A DNA stretch of 64,000 nt from an uncultured cyanobacterium (GTDB lineage Bacteria > Cyanobacteriota > Cyanobacteriia > PCC-9006 > JAAUQQ01), in contig OY970368.1 in assembly GCA_963718615.1 (NCBI GenBank), forward strand, positions 1,984,001-2,048,000. Direction: 5' to 3'. A program made the position numbers and the translations under genes. Under the pieces are notes generated by a model. The model was given only the letters and a program-made list of their open reading frames with translations, did not search any database and was not told the DNA's origin. Each line of letters starts with the position of its first letter. Position 1 is the first letter of the stretch. Below are positions 1 to 8,981 of this stretch, one piece after another.

Positions 1-2
1 AA

Positions 3-3000
3 GCGGTTGTCGAGGAAGATATTGCCGGGGAAGACGCCGGGGTCGGGGTTGCCGGTGGTGACGATGGCGTTGACTTCGAGGGGGACGCTGGGGAGAGGAT
101 TGAAGCCGGGGACGGCTTGGGAGAGGCCGAGGCCGAGGACTTGGGGCTTGGGGGGGAGTTTGGCGCTGGTTTCGGTTTTGCTGGCGGCGACGAGGGTGGA
201 GGTGCTGTAGCGTTGGGCGAGGTATTGTTGGCCATCGGGCTGTTTTCCGTCATACAGGGCACCCATGGGGATGTAGCGGGTGGCGCGGTCTGGGACGAAG
301 ATGAGGTTGGTGATGGGGTTGGGGGCGGTGGCGATCGCCTTTTGCAGTTTTTCGGGAAACATCCAGTTGTAGAGTTTTTGGCTGATGGCTTTGGCGCGGG
401 CGTGGTCGGCGGCGGTGCAAATGCGGGTTTCGCATTGTTTCATTTCGGTGCGGAAGTCGAGGATGGTTTGGGCGAGGTCGGCTTGGCTGACGGGAACTTC
501 GTAGACGGTGAGAACGGGGCCTTCGCTGGCGACGAGGAGCCACATTTTGTCGTCGAGGACGAGGGGATAGATCAGCAGGCTGCCGGGTTGGGCGCTGAGG
601 AGTTCGGCGGCGCGGCGGCGGAGGTTGTTGTTGGGGTCGTTGGGGTCGATCCAGGCGATGTCTTGGGTGTGGCGGTCTTTGAGTTGGGCCTGGAGGGTTT
701 GGAGGAGGGTTTCGAAGGCGCGGTTGTGTTGGTCGCGTTGGCTGAGCAACTGGGTGTATTTTTCGGAGTTTTGGCAGGTGGGGTCGGTTTGGCAGGTGCG
801 GAGGTCTTGGCCGAAGGCGATGAGGCTGTTGTAGTTTTTGAGAATGGTTTGTTCGGTGGGGTTGAGGGCGATTTCTGTGCCGGGGGTGGTGGAGCGGGTG
901 TAGGTTTGGGTTTCTTGGATTTTGAGGAGTTCGAGGACTTGTTGGGCTTCGGCGATGCGGCCTTGGGAGAGGAGGGCGTCGGCGAGGCGGCGATAAGTGC
1001 CGGAGATGGATTGGGTGTAGGTTTCTTGGGTTTCTTGGGGGAGGGTTTTGATGTCTTGGCGGAGGGTTTCGTAGAGGTTGACGGATTGTTTGTAGAAGGC
1101 GATGGCGATTTCTGGTTTTCCCAAGTCATCGTAGATATAGCCAATGTTGTCGAGGGTATTGGCTTGCCCGGAGCGATCGCCCACCGCCCGATACATGGGC
1201 AAAGCTTGGTTATAAAACTCCAAAGCCTTTTGCTTCTCTCCCAAGGCAGAGTAGACAAGGCCAATGCCGGTGAGGGCAGCAACTTGTCCGAAGCGATTGT
1301 TCACCTCCAGCGACAGGGGAAGAGCCCGATTAAGGAACTCCAGAGCTTTTGAATTTTCTCCCAAGTCAAAGTAGACTCTACCAATGTTTGCGAGCCTTGA
1401 GGGCTGTCTGAAGAGATCGCCTACCATTTGGCTCAGATGCAGAGACTGATTGAGGAACTTCAGGGCTTTTTCCTTGTTTCCCAAGTCAGAGTAGGCAAGG
1501 CCAATGCCGCCGAGGGTTATGGCTTGTAAAGAGTGATCGCCCATCTCCTGACTCAGATTCAGAGACTGATTGAGGAACTCCAGAGCTTTTGAATTCTCTC
1601 CCAAGTCATAGTAGATACTGCCAATGCCAGAGAGGGCTATGGCTTGTAAAGATTGATCGCCCACCTCCTGACTTAGGGGAAGAGCCTGATTGAAGAACTC
1701 GAGAGCTGTTGCCCGCTCTTCCAAGTTAGTGTAGATAACGCCAATGACAGTGAGGATAGTGGCCTTTGCTTCGCGATCGCCTAGCTCCTGCATCAGCGGT
1801 AGCGCTTGATTCCAAGACTCCAGTGCTTTCTGATTCTCTCCCAATTCAGTGTAGACAAGGCCAATGACAGTGAGGATAGTGGCCTTTGCTTCGCGATCGC
1901 CTAGCTCCTGCATCAGCGGTAGCGCTTGATTCCAAGACTCCAGTGCTTTCTGATTCTCTCCCAATTCAGTGTAGACAAGGCCAATGACAGTGAGGATAGT
2001 GGCCTTTGCTTCGCGATCGCCTAGCTCCTGCATCAGCGGTAGCGCTTGATTCCAAGACTCCAGTGCTTTCTGATTCTCTCCCAATTCAGTGTAGACAAGG
2101 CCAATGACAGTGAGGATAGTGGCCTTTGCTTCGCGATCGCCTAGCCCCCACATCAGTGGTAGTGCTTGATTCAAAGATTCCAGTGCTTTCTGACTCTCTC
2201 CCAATTCAGTGTAGACAAGGCCAATGCCAGTGAGGATAGTGGCTTGTCCGTAGCGCTCGTCCATCTCCTGCATCAGAGGCAGAAACTGATTGTAGAACTC
2301 GAGAGCTTTGCCAGTCTCTCCTAAGTGAGAAATGTTGGTGAGAATAGTGGTTAGGCCCGAGCGCTCGTCCATCGACCTGCTCAAGAGCAAGGACTGGTTA
2401 AAGAACTCCAAAGCCTTTTGCTTCTCTCCTAAGGCAGAGTAGACAGTACCAATGTTAGTAAGAATAATGGCCTGGCCCGAGCGATCGCCCACCGCCCAAT
2501 GCAAGAGAAAGGATTGGTGATAAAATTCCAAAGCCTTGTGCTGTTCTCCCAAGTCATCGTAGACATTGCCGATGAGATTGAGAATAGTGGCCTCTCGCTC
2601 GCGCTTTCCCAGTTTATGCACCAGCGGTAGCGCTTGATTGAGATACTCCAGCGCTTTCTGATTCTCGCCTAATTTAGCGTAGATAATGCCGATGAGGTTG
2701 AGAGTAGTAGCTTCTTGTTCACGATTGTCCAACTCACGTATCAGCGGTAGCGCTTGATTGAGATACTCCAGCGCCTTCTGATGCTCGTCCAATTGATCGG
2801 AAATAGCGTCAACGACAAAGCTGGTAATGGCTTTATCGGGGTGATTGGTTCCGCCAAGCTCCGAAGGATCGCCCACTGCTCGGCTCAAGGGTAGAGATTG
2901 GTTAAAGAACTCCAAAGCCTTTTGCGTCTCTCCCAAGTCATAGTAGACTCCAGCAATGTTGCTGAGGGTGGTGGCTTCACCGGAGCGATCGCCCAGCTCA

Positions 3001-3983
3001 CGATACAGAGGCAGAGCCTGGTTGTAGAACTCGATGGCTTTTTCGTTCTCATCCAAGGCATCATAGATGCTGCCAATACGGTAGAGAATAGTGGCTTCTT
3101 GTTCGCGATCGCCCAGCTCACGATACAGCGGTAGTACTTGATTGAGATACTCCAGCGCTTTCTGATTCTCACCTAATTCAGTGTAGACAATGCCGATGAG
3201 GTTGAGAGTAGTGGCTTCACCCAAGCGATAACCCTCCATTCGCAACAGTAGCAGCGATTGACTAAAATAATCCAAAGCCTTTTGATTTTCATCCAAGGCA
3301 ACGTAGGTGAGGCCAAAGCCAAAGAGAGCCGCTGCTTCAACAGATCGATCACTTCCCTCCTTCGCAATCGGCAAAGCTTGGTTGAAATAATCTAGAGCTT
3401 TTGAATACTCCTCCAAACCATAGTAAGAAAGACCAACGCCTGCAAGAGAATCGGCTTCAATCGATCGATCAGCCTCCTCAAGCTCCGAAGAATCGCCCCC
3501 CTTCCTGATCACTAGCAACGCCTGATTGAAATAATCCAAAGCCTTTTGAGAGTCATCAAAAACATAGACCCAACCCATACCATTCAACGCTTCTGCCTCC
3601 CCAGATCGATCCTCCAGTTCCCGGCTCAACCCCAAAGCCCGATTAAAAAACTCCAACGCCTTCTCCTGCTCACCCAAATCATCATAAACATCCCCCAGAT
3701 GCCGCAGCACCAAAGCCTGCTTCAGCCGCTGCCCCCCCGCCACACTCAACCGCAACGCCCGCTCAAACTGCTCAATCGCCGCCTTCAAAGACCCCTGATC
3801 CCCCTGCTTCTGCAACCGCTCTCCCTCCGCGATCAACCCCTCCAACTCCCCCAAAACCTCCCCCCGCCCCTCAACCTGCGCCACCGCCCTCCCCAACGAA
3901 CCCGGCAACACCGGCCCACCCAGCCCCAACACAACGGCCAACACAACCGACCCCACCCAGCGACCAGAATAACCAGAATTCAT
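3..3983 (-). CDS. TPR-repeat + CHAT domain protein with N-terminal signal peptide (3' end runs off the window)
   Basis: Not in the ORF track because it has no stop in the window. ATG at 3983 after AAGGGG gives MNSGYSGRWVGSVVLAVVLGLGG...AVA-Q, then 40-aa TPR-like units (GLVYTELGENQKALESWNQALPL), then the CHAT-type segment LIFVPDRATRYIPMGALYDG. Frame matches at both ends. Confidence 0.9.
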   Translation of the reverse strand, partial: MNSGYSGRWVGSVVLAVVLGLGGPVLPGSLGRAVAQVEGRGEVLGELEGLIAEGERLQKQGDQGSLKAAIEQFERALRLSVAGGQRLKQALVLRHLGDVYDDLGEQEKALEFFNRALGLSRELEDRSGEAEALNGMGWVYVFDDSQKALDYFNQALLVIRKGGDSSELEEADRSIEADSLAGVGLSYYGLEEYSKALDYFNQALPIAKEGSDRSVEAAALFGFGLTYVALDENQKALDYFSQSLLLLRMEGYRLGEATTLNLIGIVYTELGENQKALEYLNQVLPLYRELGDREQEATILYRIGSIYDALDENEKAIEFYNQALPLYRELGDRSGEATTLSNIAGVYYDLGETQKALEFFNQSLPLSRAVGDPSELGGTNHPDKAITSFVVDAISDQLDEHQKALEYLNQALPLIRELDNREQEATTLNLIGIIYAKLGENQKALEYLNQALPLVHKLGKREREATILNLIGNVYDDLGEQHKALEFYHQSFLLHWAVGDRSGQAIILTNIGTVYSALGEKQKALEFFNQSLLLSRSMDERSGLTTILTNISHLGETGKALEFYNQFLPLMQEMDERYGQATILTGIGLVYTELGESQKALESLNQALPLMWGLGDREAKATILTVIGLVYTELGENQKALESWNQALPLMQELGDREAKATILTVIGLVYTELGENQKALESWNQALPLMQELGDREAKATILTVIGLVYTELGENQKALESWNQALPLMQELGDREAKATILTVIGVIYTNLEERATALEFFNQALPLSQEVGDQSLQAIALSGIGSIYYDLGENSKALEFLNQSLNLSQEMGDHSLQAITLGGIGLAYSDLGNKEKALKFLNQSLHLSQMVGDLFRQPSRLANIGRVYFDLGENSKALEFLNRALPLSLEVNNRFGQVAALTGIGLVYSALGEKQKALEFYNQALPMYRAVGDRSGQANTLDNIGYIYDDLGKPEIAIAFYKQSVNLYETLRQDIKTLPQETQETYTQSISGTYRRLADALLSQGRIAEAQQVLELLKIQETQTYTRSTTPGTEIALNPTEQTILKNYNSLIAFGQDLRTCQTDPTCQNSEKYTQLLSQRDQHNRAFETLLQTLQAQLKDRHTQDIAWIDPNDPNNNLRRRAAELLSAQPGSLLIYPLVLDDKMWLLVASEGPVLTVYEVPVSQADLAQTILDFRTEMKQCETRICTAADHARAKAISQKLYNWMFPEKLQKAIATAPNPITNLIFVPDRATRYIPMGALYDGKQPDGQQYLAQRYSTSTLVAASKTETSAKLPPKPQVLGLGLSQAVPGFNPLPSVPLEVNAIVTTGNPDPGVFPGNIFLDNR
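1741..2220. repeat. 120-bp tandem repeat (3 identical units + 1 near-identical) inside the TPR array
   Basis: Units starting at 1741, 1861 and 1981 are identical; the unit at 2101 differs slightly. Each contains GCGATCGC. Confidence 0.97.
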
Positions 3984-4111
3984 CAGACAACCCCTTGAGT
4001 AAACTGATTCCCTCTTCCAGCCCAGACCCAAACACCAGACCAAAAGACAGAAATGGCAACAGAAGCATATACGGCAGAACCCTCGCAACCTATGCAGCCG
4101 CCCTTTGGTCT

Positions 4112-4933
4112 ATGATCAAAAACAGGATTCGAATCATCCGCAGCCGCGCCACTCCAGAAGAGATACAAGAAATGCTAGAGAATCTTAGACTTCACCTCAC
4201 CCGTATTCAGGCATTAACTAATAGTGAAACTAATAGTGATGCTGACGAACATATTATTCTCCATCTGATTCGTGAAAGTCAGTACCTGATCGAATGGACT
4301 GTACCCACCCTAGACTTGGAGAAAGACGAGAGCCTGAACATTGCCACAGAACTCATCCGCCTTCAGCGACAACTCAGCCAATGGAAACTGCAATGGCATG
4401 AGCTGTGGGCAGATAGTCGGTCGCGGGAGGCGATCGCAAAAACTGCTCAACAATGGTGTCAATCGATTGACCAGTGGTCCGTACGCTCATCGCGGGTTAG
4501 AAATCAATTCCGATTCAGTGGCCTAAAGGCCATTGCCGATCAGAATGAACGGTGCCCAGTAGTAGGGATGGCTGAGGTTGCCTTTAATCTGTGGGGGTTT
4601 TCCGTCGGCAGTGGCGACAACAATGCTGGCTCGGGAGCCGCCGACTTGGGAATAGTCGTTTTTGATCAGGGCAATCTGGGTTTGGCGGAGGGCTTCGGCT
4701 TTGGGCAGGCCGAGGTCGAGGGCAACGTAGAAGGCGTTCATGAGTTTTTGGGTGCCGCCGTCATCGACTTGCCAGAGGGAGGCAATGGAGGCTTTGGCCC
4801 CGGCGCGTTGGAATTGGTAGCCCAAGCCGAGGATTTCTTGGCCATTGCTAAACTGACCGCCGAGGCCGGTTTCGCAGGCGGAGAGGACAACGAGATCAAC
4901 GCCGTTGAGGTTCCAGGCTTCGATGTCACGTAG
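4112..4933 (+). CDS. Hypothetical protein, probably chimeric or read-through; plausible coding part is about 4112-4490
   Basis: MIKNRIRIIRSRATPEEIQEMLE resembles the DUF5674 N-terminus. LIRESQYLIEW...ATELIRLQRQLSQWKLQW resembles a small cyanobacterial hypothetical protein. The tail is antisense to the CHAT gene. Confidence 0.45.
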   Translation: MIKNRIRIIRSRATPEEIQEMLENLRLHLTRIQALTNSETNSDADEHIILHLIRESQYLIEWTVPTLDLEKDESLNIATELIRLQRQLSQWKLQWHELWADSRSREAIAKTAQQWCQSIDQWSVRSSRVRNQFRFSGLKAIADQNERCPVVGMAEVAFNLWGFSVGSGDNNAGSGAADLGIVVFDQGNLGLAEGFGFGQAEVEGNVEGVHEFLGAAVIDLPEGGNGGFGPGALELVAQAEDFLAIAKLTAEAGFAGGEDNEINAVEVPGFDVT

Positions 4934-6766
4934 GGTGACGGGTTTGCCATCGCCAAAGAGGATAAAGGAGTCGTCGGGACTGCCGATGACGAGGGCTCCG
5001 TGGGTGGCAAGGTGGATGATGGTGTGGTCGCCCATTTGGGGGAGGGTGTCCTGGGCGTTGAAGGTGCGATCGAAGAGTTGCACGGTATTGGGAATGAGTT
5101 TGCCCAGATTTTCGACTTCGACTTTGGTGAAGGGGAGGCCGTTGAATTGGAATTGTTCGCCACCGAGGTTAAAACTGTACTGGCCGGTGGTGAAGGCTCC
5201 GGCGAGGATGCTGGGGGGTTTAGGGGGTTGGGGGGTGAGCTGGGTGAGGGCGGCGGCGGTGATGTTGTTGATGCGATAGGTTTGGATCAGCCAGTCTTGG
5301 CCGTCGTGGAGGGCGGCGAGGGGAATATAGCGGAGGATGCCGTCGGGGGCGTAGAGGATGGTTTGGGCTTCAACGGTGGCGAGGTCGGTTTCAAAGTCTT
5401 TGAGCAGCCAGGTGTAGAGTTTTTGGGCGATGGGTTTGGGGTCTTGGCGGGGGTCTTGGAGGGCGGCGCGGAAGGCTTGGATCGTTTGCTGGAGTTCGGT
5501 TCGGGAAACGTTAACGGTGTGGCGGCGGGGTGGGGTTTGGGGGTTGGCGGTGGTGAGGATGAGTTCGATGCGATCGTCAAAAATCACGGGATAGAGCAAG
5601 ACGGCGTGGGGGTCGGCGGCGGCGAGGATGGGTTGGACGCTGAGGAGCCGTGCCATTTCGTCGGCGAGGTCGGGGTCACGGGTTTCGGGGCTGAGTTGGG
5701 CGATCAACTGCTGAACTTGGGGGCTGCGGAGAAATTGGTTGAAGTCTTGGGTGATTTTTTGTTGGAGTTGGAGGAGCTGGTTGAGGCGTTGGTTGTCGGC
5801 GGGGGTGCGTTGGGCGAGGGGGATGGCGCGGAGGCGGGTGAGGTCTTGGCCGATGGGGATGGTTTGGGCGAGGATGTCTTGGATGCCGCTGAGGATGAGT
5901 TGTTCGGGGTGGAGGGTGGGGATGTTGCCGGGGGCGGTGTTGCGGCGGACGTTGGTGAGGTAGTCGTCGAGTTCTTGGATTTTGAGGAGGTCGAGGACGC
6001 GTTGGGCTTCGAGGATGCGGTTTTGTTGGAGGAGGAGGTCGGCGAGGGTGCGGTAGGTGTTGGCGATGGAGTCGGTGTAGGTTTGTTGGAGGGTTTGATT
6101 GAGGGGTTGGAGGGTTTGGCGGATGGTTTCGTAGGTGTTGACGGCTTGTTTGTAGTAGAGGATGGCGAGTTGGGGTTGATTTTGTTGCTCAAGCAATAAT
6201 CCAACGTTGCCTAGGGCTATAGCGAGACCATTGCGATCGCCCATTTCCTCATAAATGGGCTGCGCTTGCTGATAGTATTCCAGTGCCTTGGCGTAGTTGC
6301 TCAAAGAGCCATAGGCAATGCCCTGATTCGTCAGCACGTTAGCCAGACCATTGCGATCGCCCACCTCCTCAAAAATGGGCTGCGCTTGCTGATAGTATTC
6401 CAGTGCTTTGGTGTAGTTGCTCAAGGAGAGATAGGCAACGCCCTGATTCGTCAGCACTTTAGCCAGACCATTGCGATCGCCCACCTCCTCAAAAATGGGC
6501 TGCGCTTGCTGATAGTATTCCAGTGCTTTGGTGTAGTTGCTCAAAGAGCCATAGGCAAACCCCTGATTCATCAGCACGTTAGCCAGACCATTGCGATCGC
6601 CCACCTCCTCAAATATCGGCTGCGCTTGCTGATAGTATTCCAGTGCTTTGGTGTAGTTGCTCAAAGAGCCATAGGCAAACCCCTGATTCATCAGCATGTT
6701 AGCCAGACCATTGCGATCGCCCACCTCCTCAAAAATGGGCTGCGCCTGCTGATAGTGGTAGTCCAA

Positions 6767-7207
6767 TTATGTGGGTGCTGGAGAGAATGAAGCGGCATGA
6801 GCCTGCTTAAGGCGCAATTGCTGGTTGTAATGGTGAACGAAATTCCAGATCGCAGCCTCGTGGTTCTCTTGTTTCTTTGAAAACGAGAGCGCCTTTCGGA
6901 CCAAGCGCGACACCCTTTGCCGCAGGGTGCAGTTGAACCTCTCGATGTAGCTCGTCAGCCCGCTTTCTTTCCCAACCGCTCGGTGGCGTTGGCTAGGAAG
7001 CACACAGGCATAGCTCTCCCAATAATCGGTGTAGATGACTGCACATTGGCGGTACACTCCCGGTAGAGACCGCCATAAAGCTTCGGCAGATTTAGCACTT
7101 CGGTCCCCGATATAAAGGCCAATGATTTCGCGAGTGTCCGCATCTAGAGCAATCCAAACCCACTGTTTATTTCCTTTATGGTCCACGAACGACCAGAGTT
7201 CGTCCAT
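6767..7207 (-). CDS. insB: IS1 InsB DDE transposase domain
   Basis: MDELWSFV...YTDYW...IERFNCTLRQRVSRLVRK motifs; lies in the -1 frame relative to insA. Confidence 0.92.
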   Translation of the reverse strand: MDELWSFVDHKGNKQWVWIALDADTREIIGLYIGDRSAKSAEALWRSLPGVYRQCAVIYTDYWESYACVLPSQRHRAVGKESGLTSYIERFNCTLRQRVSRLVRKALSFSKKQENHEAAIWNFVHHYNQQLRLKQAHAASFSPAPT

Positions 7208-7215
7208 CTGGACCG

Positions 7216-7539
7216 TCAGAGCTTTTTTACTTTCTTCGTCACTTCCACCTCCCGAGCAACGGTTTTAGCTTTGGCGTTGACGTAGGTCTGAATGCAGCTC
7301 TCGGAGCGCTGCATCACCCGAGCAATTCCAGCAATGGCCAGCCTTTCAAGCAATAAACGTTCGAGCAAGGCTATCTCTTCATCGCTCAAGGGAAGGGATT
7401 TCGGAGTCAGGACAAACCGGCGATGGCAATCTCGACATTTATAGCTTTGAGTACCGCGATCGTTGAAGCCGTTACGGCTGATATCTTCAGATAGACAGTT
7501 AGGACAATGAAGCAGCTCTTGAGTCATCGCAATTGGCAC
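7216..7539 (-). CDS. insA: IS1 InsA (zinc finger + HTH); joined to InsB by a -1 frameshift
   Basis: CPNC...YKCRDC zinc finger. Slippery A_AAA_AAG at 7228-7222 just before the stop. Confidence 0.88.
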   Translation of the reverse strand: MPIAMTQELLHCPNCLSEDISRNGFNDRGTQSYKCRDCHRRFVLTPKSLPLSDEEIALLERLLLERLAIAGIARVMQRSESCIQTYVNAKAKTVAREVEVTKKVKKL

Positions 7540-8981
7540 AGAAGGGTCTTACCCAGTTTGCTTTTTCTTTCTCTAATGGCCACAACATACTCATCCCCCA
7601 GCTAAAGGCACTACCCTGATAGTATTCCAGCGCTTTGGTGTAGTTGCTCAAGGAGAGATAGGCAAGGCCCTGATTCGTCAGCACTTTAGCCAGACCATTG
7701 CGATCGCCCACCTCCTCAAAAATGGGCTGCGCCTGCTGATAGTATTCCAGTGCTTTGGCGTAGTTGCTCAAAGAGCCATAGGCAAGCCCCTGATTCCCCA
7801 GCACCTTAGCCAGACCATTGCGATCGCCCATTTCCTCATAAATGGGCTGCGCTTGCTGATAGTATTCCAGTGCCTTGGCGTAGTTGCTCAAAGAGCCATA
7901 GGCAATGCCCTGATTCGTCAGCACGTTAGCCAGACCATTGCGATCGCCCACCTCCTCAAAAATGGGCTGCGCTTGCTGATAGTATTCCAGTGCTTTGGTG
8001 TAGTTGCTCAAGGAGAGATAGGCAACGCCCTGATTCGTCAGCACTTTAGCCAGACCATTGCGATCGCCCACCTCCTCAAAAATGGGCTGCGCTTGCTGAT
8101 AGTATTCCAGTGCTTTGGTGTAGTTGCTCAAAGAGCCATAGGCAAACCCCTGATTCATCAGCACGTTAGCCAGACCATTGCGATCGCCCACCTCCTCAAA
8201 AATGGGCTGCGCCTGCTGATAGTATTCCAGCGCTTTGGCGTAGTTGCTCAAGGAGAGATAGGCAATGCCCTGACTCGTCAGCACGTTAGCCAGACCATTG
8301 CGATCGCCCACCTCCTCAAAAATGGGCTGCGCTTGCTGATAGTATTCCAGCGCTTTGGCGTAGTTGCTCAAGGAGCCATAGTCAATGCCCTGATTCATCA
8401 GCACGTCAGCCAGACCTGGGCGATCGCCCACCTCCTCAAATATTGACTGAGCTTGTTGATAAAGTTTAATCGCTTTGCCATAGTCACTCAGGTAGGAATA
8501 GGCAATACCCTGATTCTTCAGCACATTAGCAAGACCACGATCGTCACCCACTTCTTCAAAAATCACCTGAGCCTGCTTCAAAACCTCCAACGCCTCCCGT
8601 GGCTTCCCCGTTTTCCAGAGCCGCTTCCCCTCCTCCAATAACCGCTCCCCCTCCTCCCGCCGCCGCTCCACCCCAACCTCCGACCCCCCAGTTTCTCCCA
8701 CAACCAAAACCCCCTCCAGCTCCGCCCCAACCACCGGCCCCAACCCCAGCCCCAACATCCCCAACGCCAACGCCAAACCCACCCAAAATCGCATTGCCAT
8801 AGATCAACCCAGAGTTCTTCTATTACATCTATACGCATTAGCCCCACCGCCCCATGCAATCCGGAAACTCCCTAGCCCCAAAATAGCCCAGCCCCCTTAG
8901 GCAAAATGGCATAACTCCCCACCCAGACAACAGATAAATTCAGGCAACAAATCCATTGAAAAACACAGCCCCCTCAGAACC

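Larger units (their letters stand above)
6757..7615 (-). mobile_element. IS1-family insertion sequence (859 bp)
   Basis: Imperfect terminal IRs GGTAGTCCAATTATGTGGGTGCTG / GGTAGTGCCTTTAGCTGGGGGATG. 8-bp target duplication CTGATAGT at 6749-6756 and 7616-7623. Encodes InsA and InsB. Confidence 0.95.
6210..8560. repeat. 120-bp near-identical tandem TPR-coding array (about a dozen units), split by IS1
   Basis: The unit encodes NQGxAYxSLSNYxKALEYYQQAQPIFEEVGDRNGLAxVLx; 120-bp periodicity is visible in the raw lines. Confidence 0.95.
4523..8800 (-). pseudogene. TPR-repeat + CHAT domain protein interrupted by an IS1-family element
   Basis: 5' part 8800-7616 has a signal peptide and TPR units. 3' part 6756-4523 has TPR units and a CHAT domain with intact HLATHG, LSACETG and HPYYWAPF motifs. 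The halves rejoin across the 8-bp target duplication. Confidence 0.92.

Noticed and set aside
117-1352. Long + strand ORF (also 5000-6199 and the Pro/Ser/Thr-rich - strand ORFs)
   Set aside because: Shadow frames of the skewed CHAT genes; no independent motifs.
1741-8560. CRISPR array or DGR in the long repeats
   Set aside because: The units are contiguous 120-bp in-frame coding repeats without unique spacers; no cas or reverse transcriptase gene is in the window.
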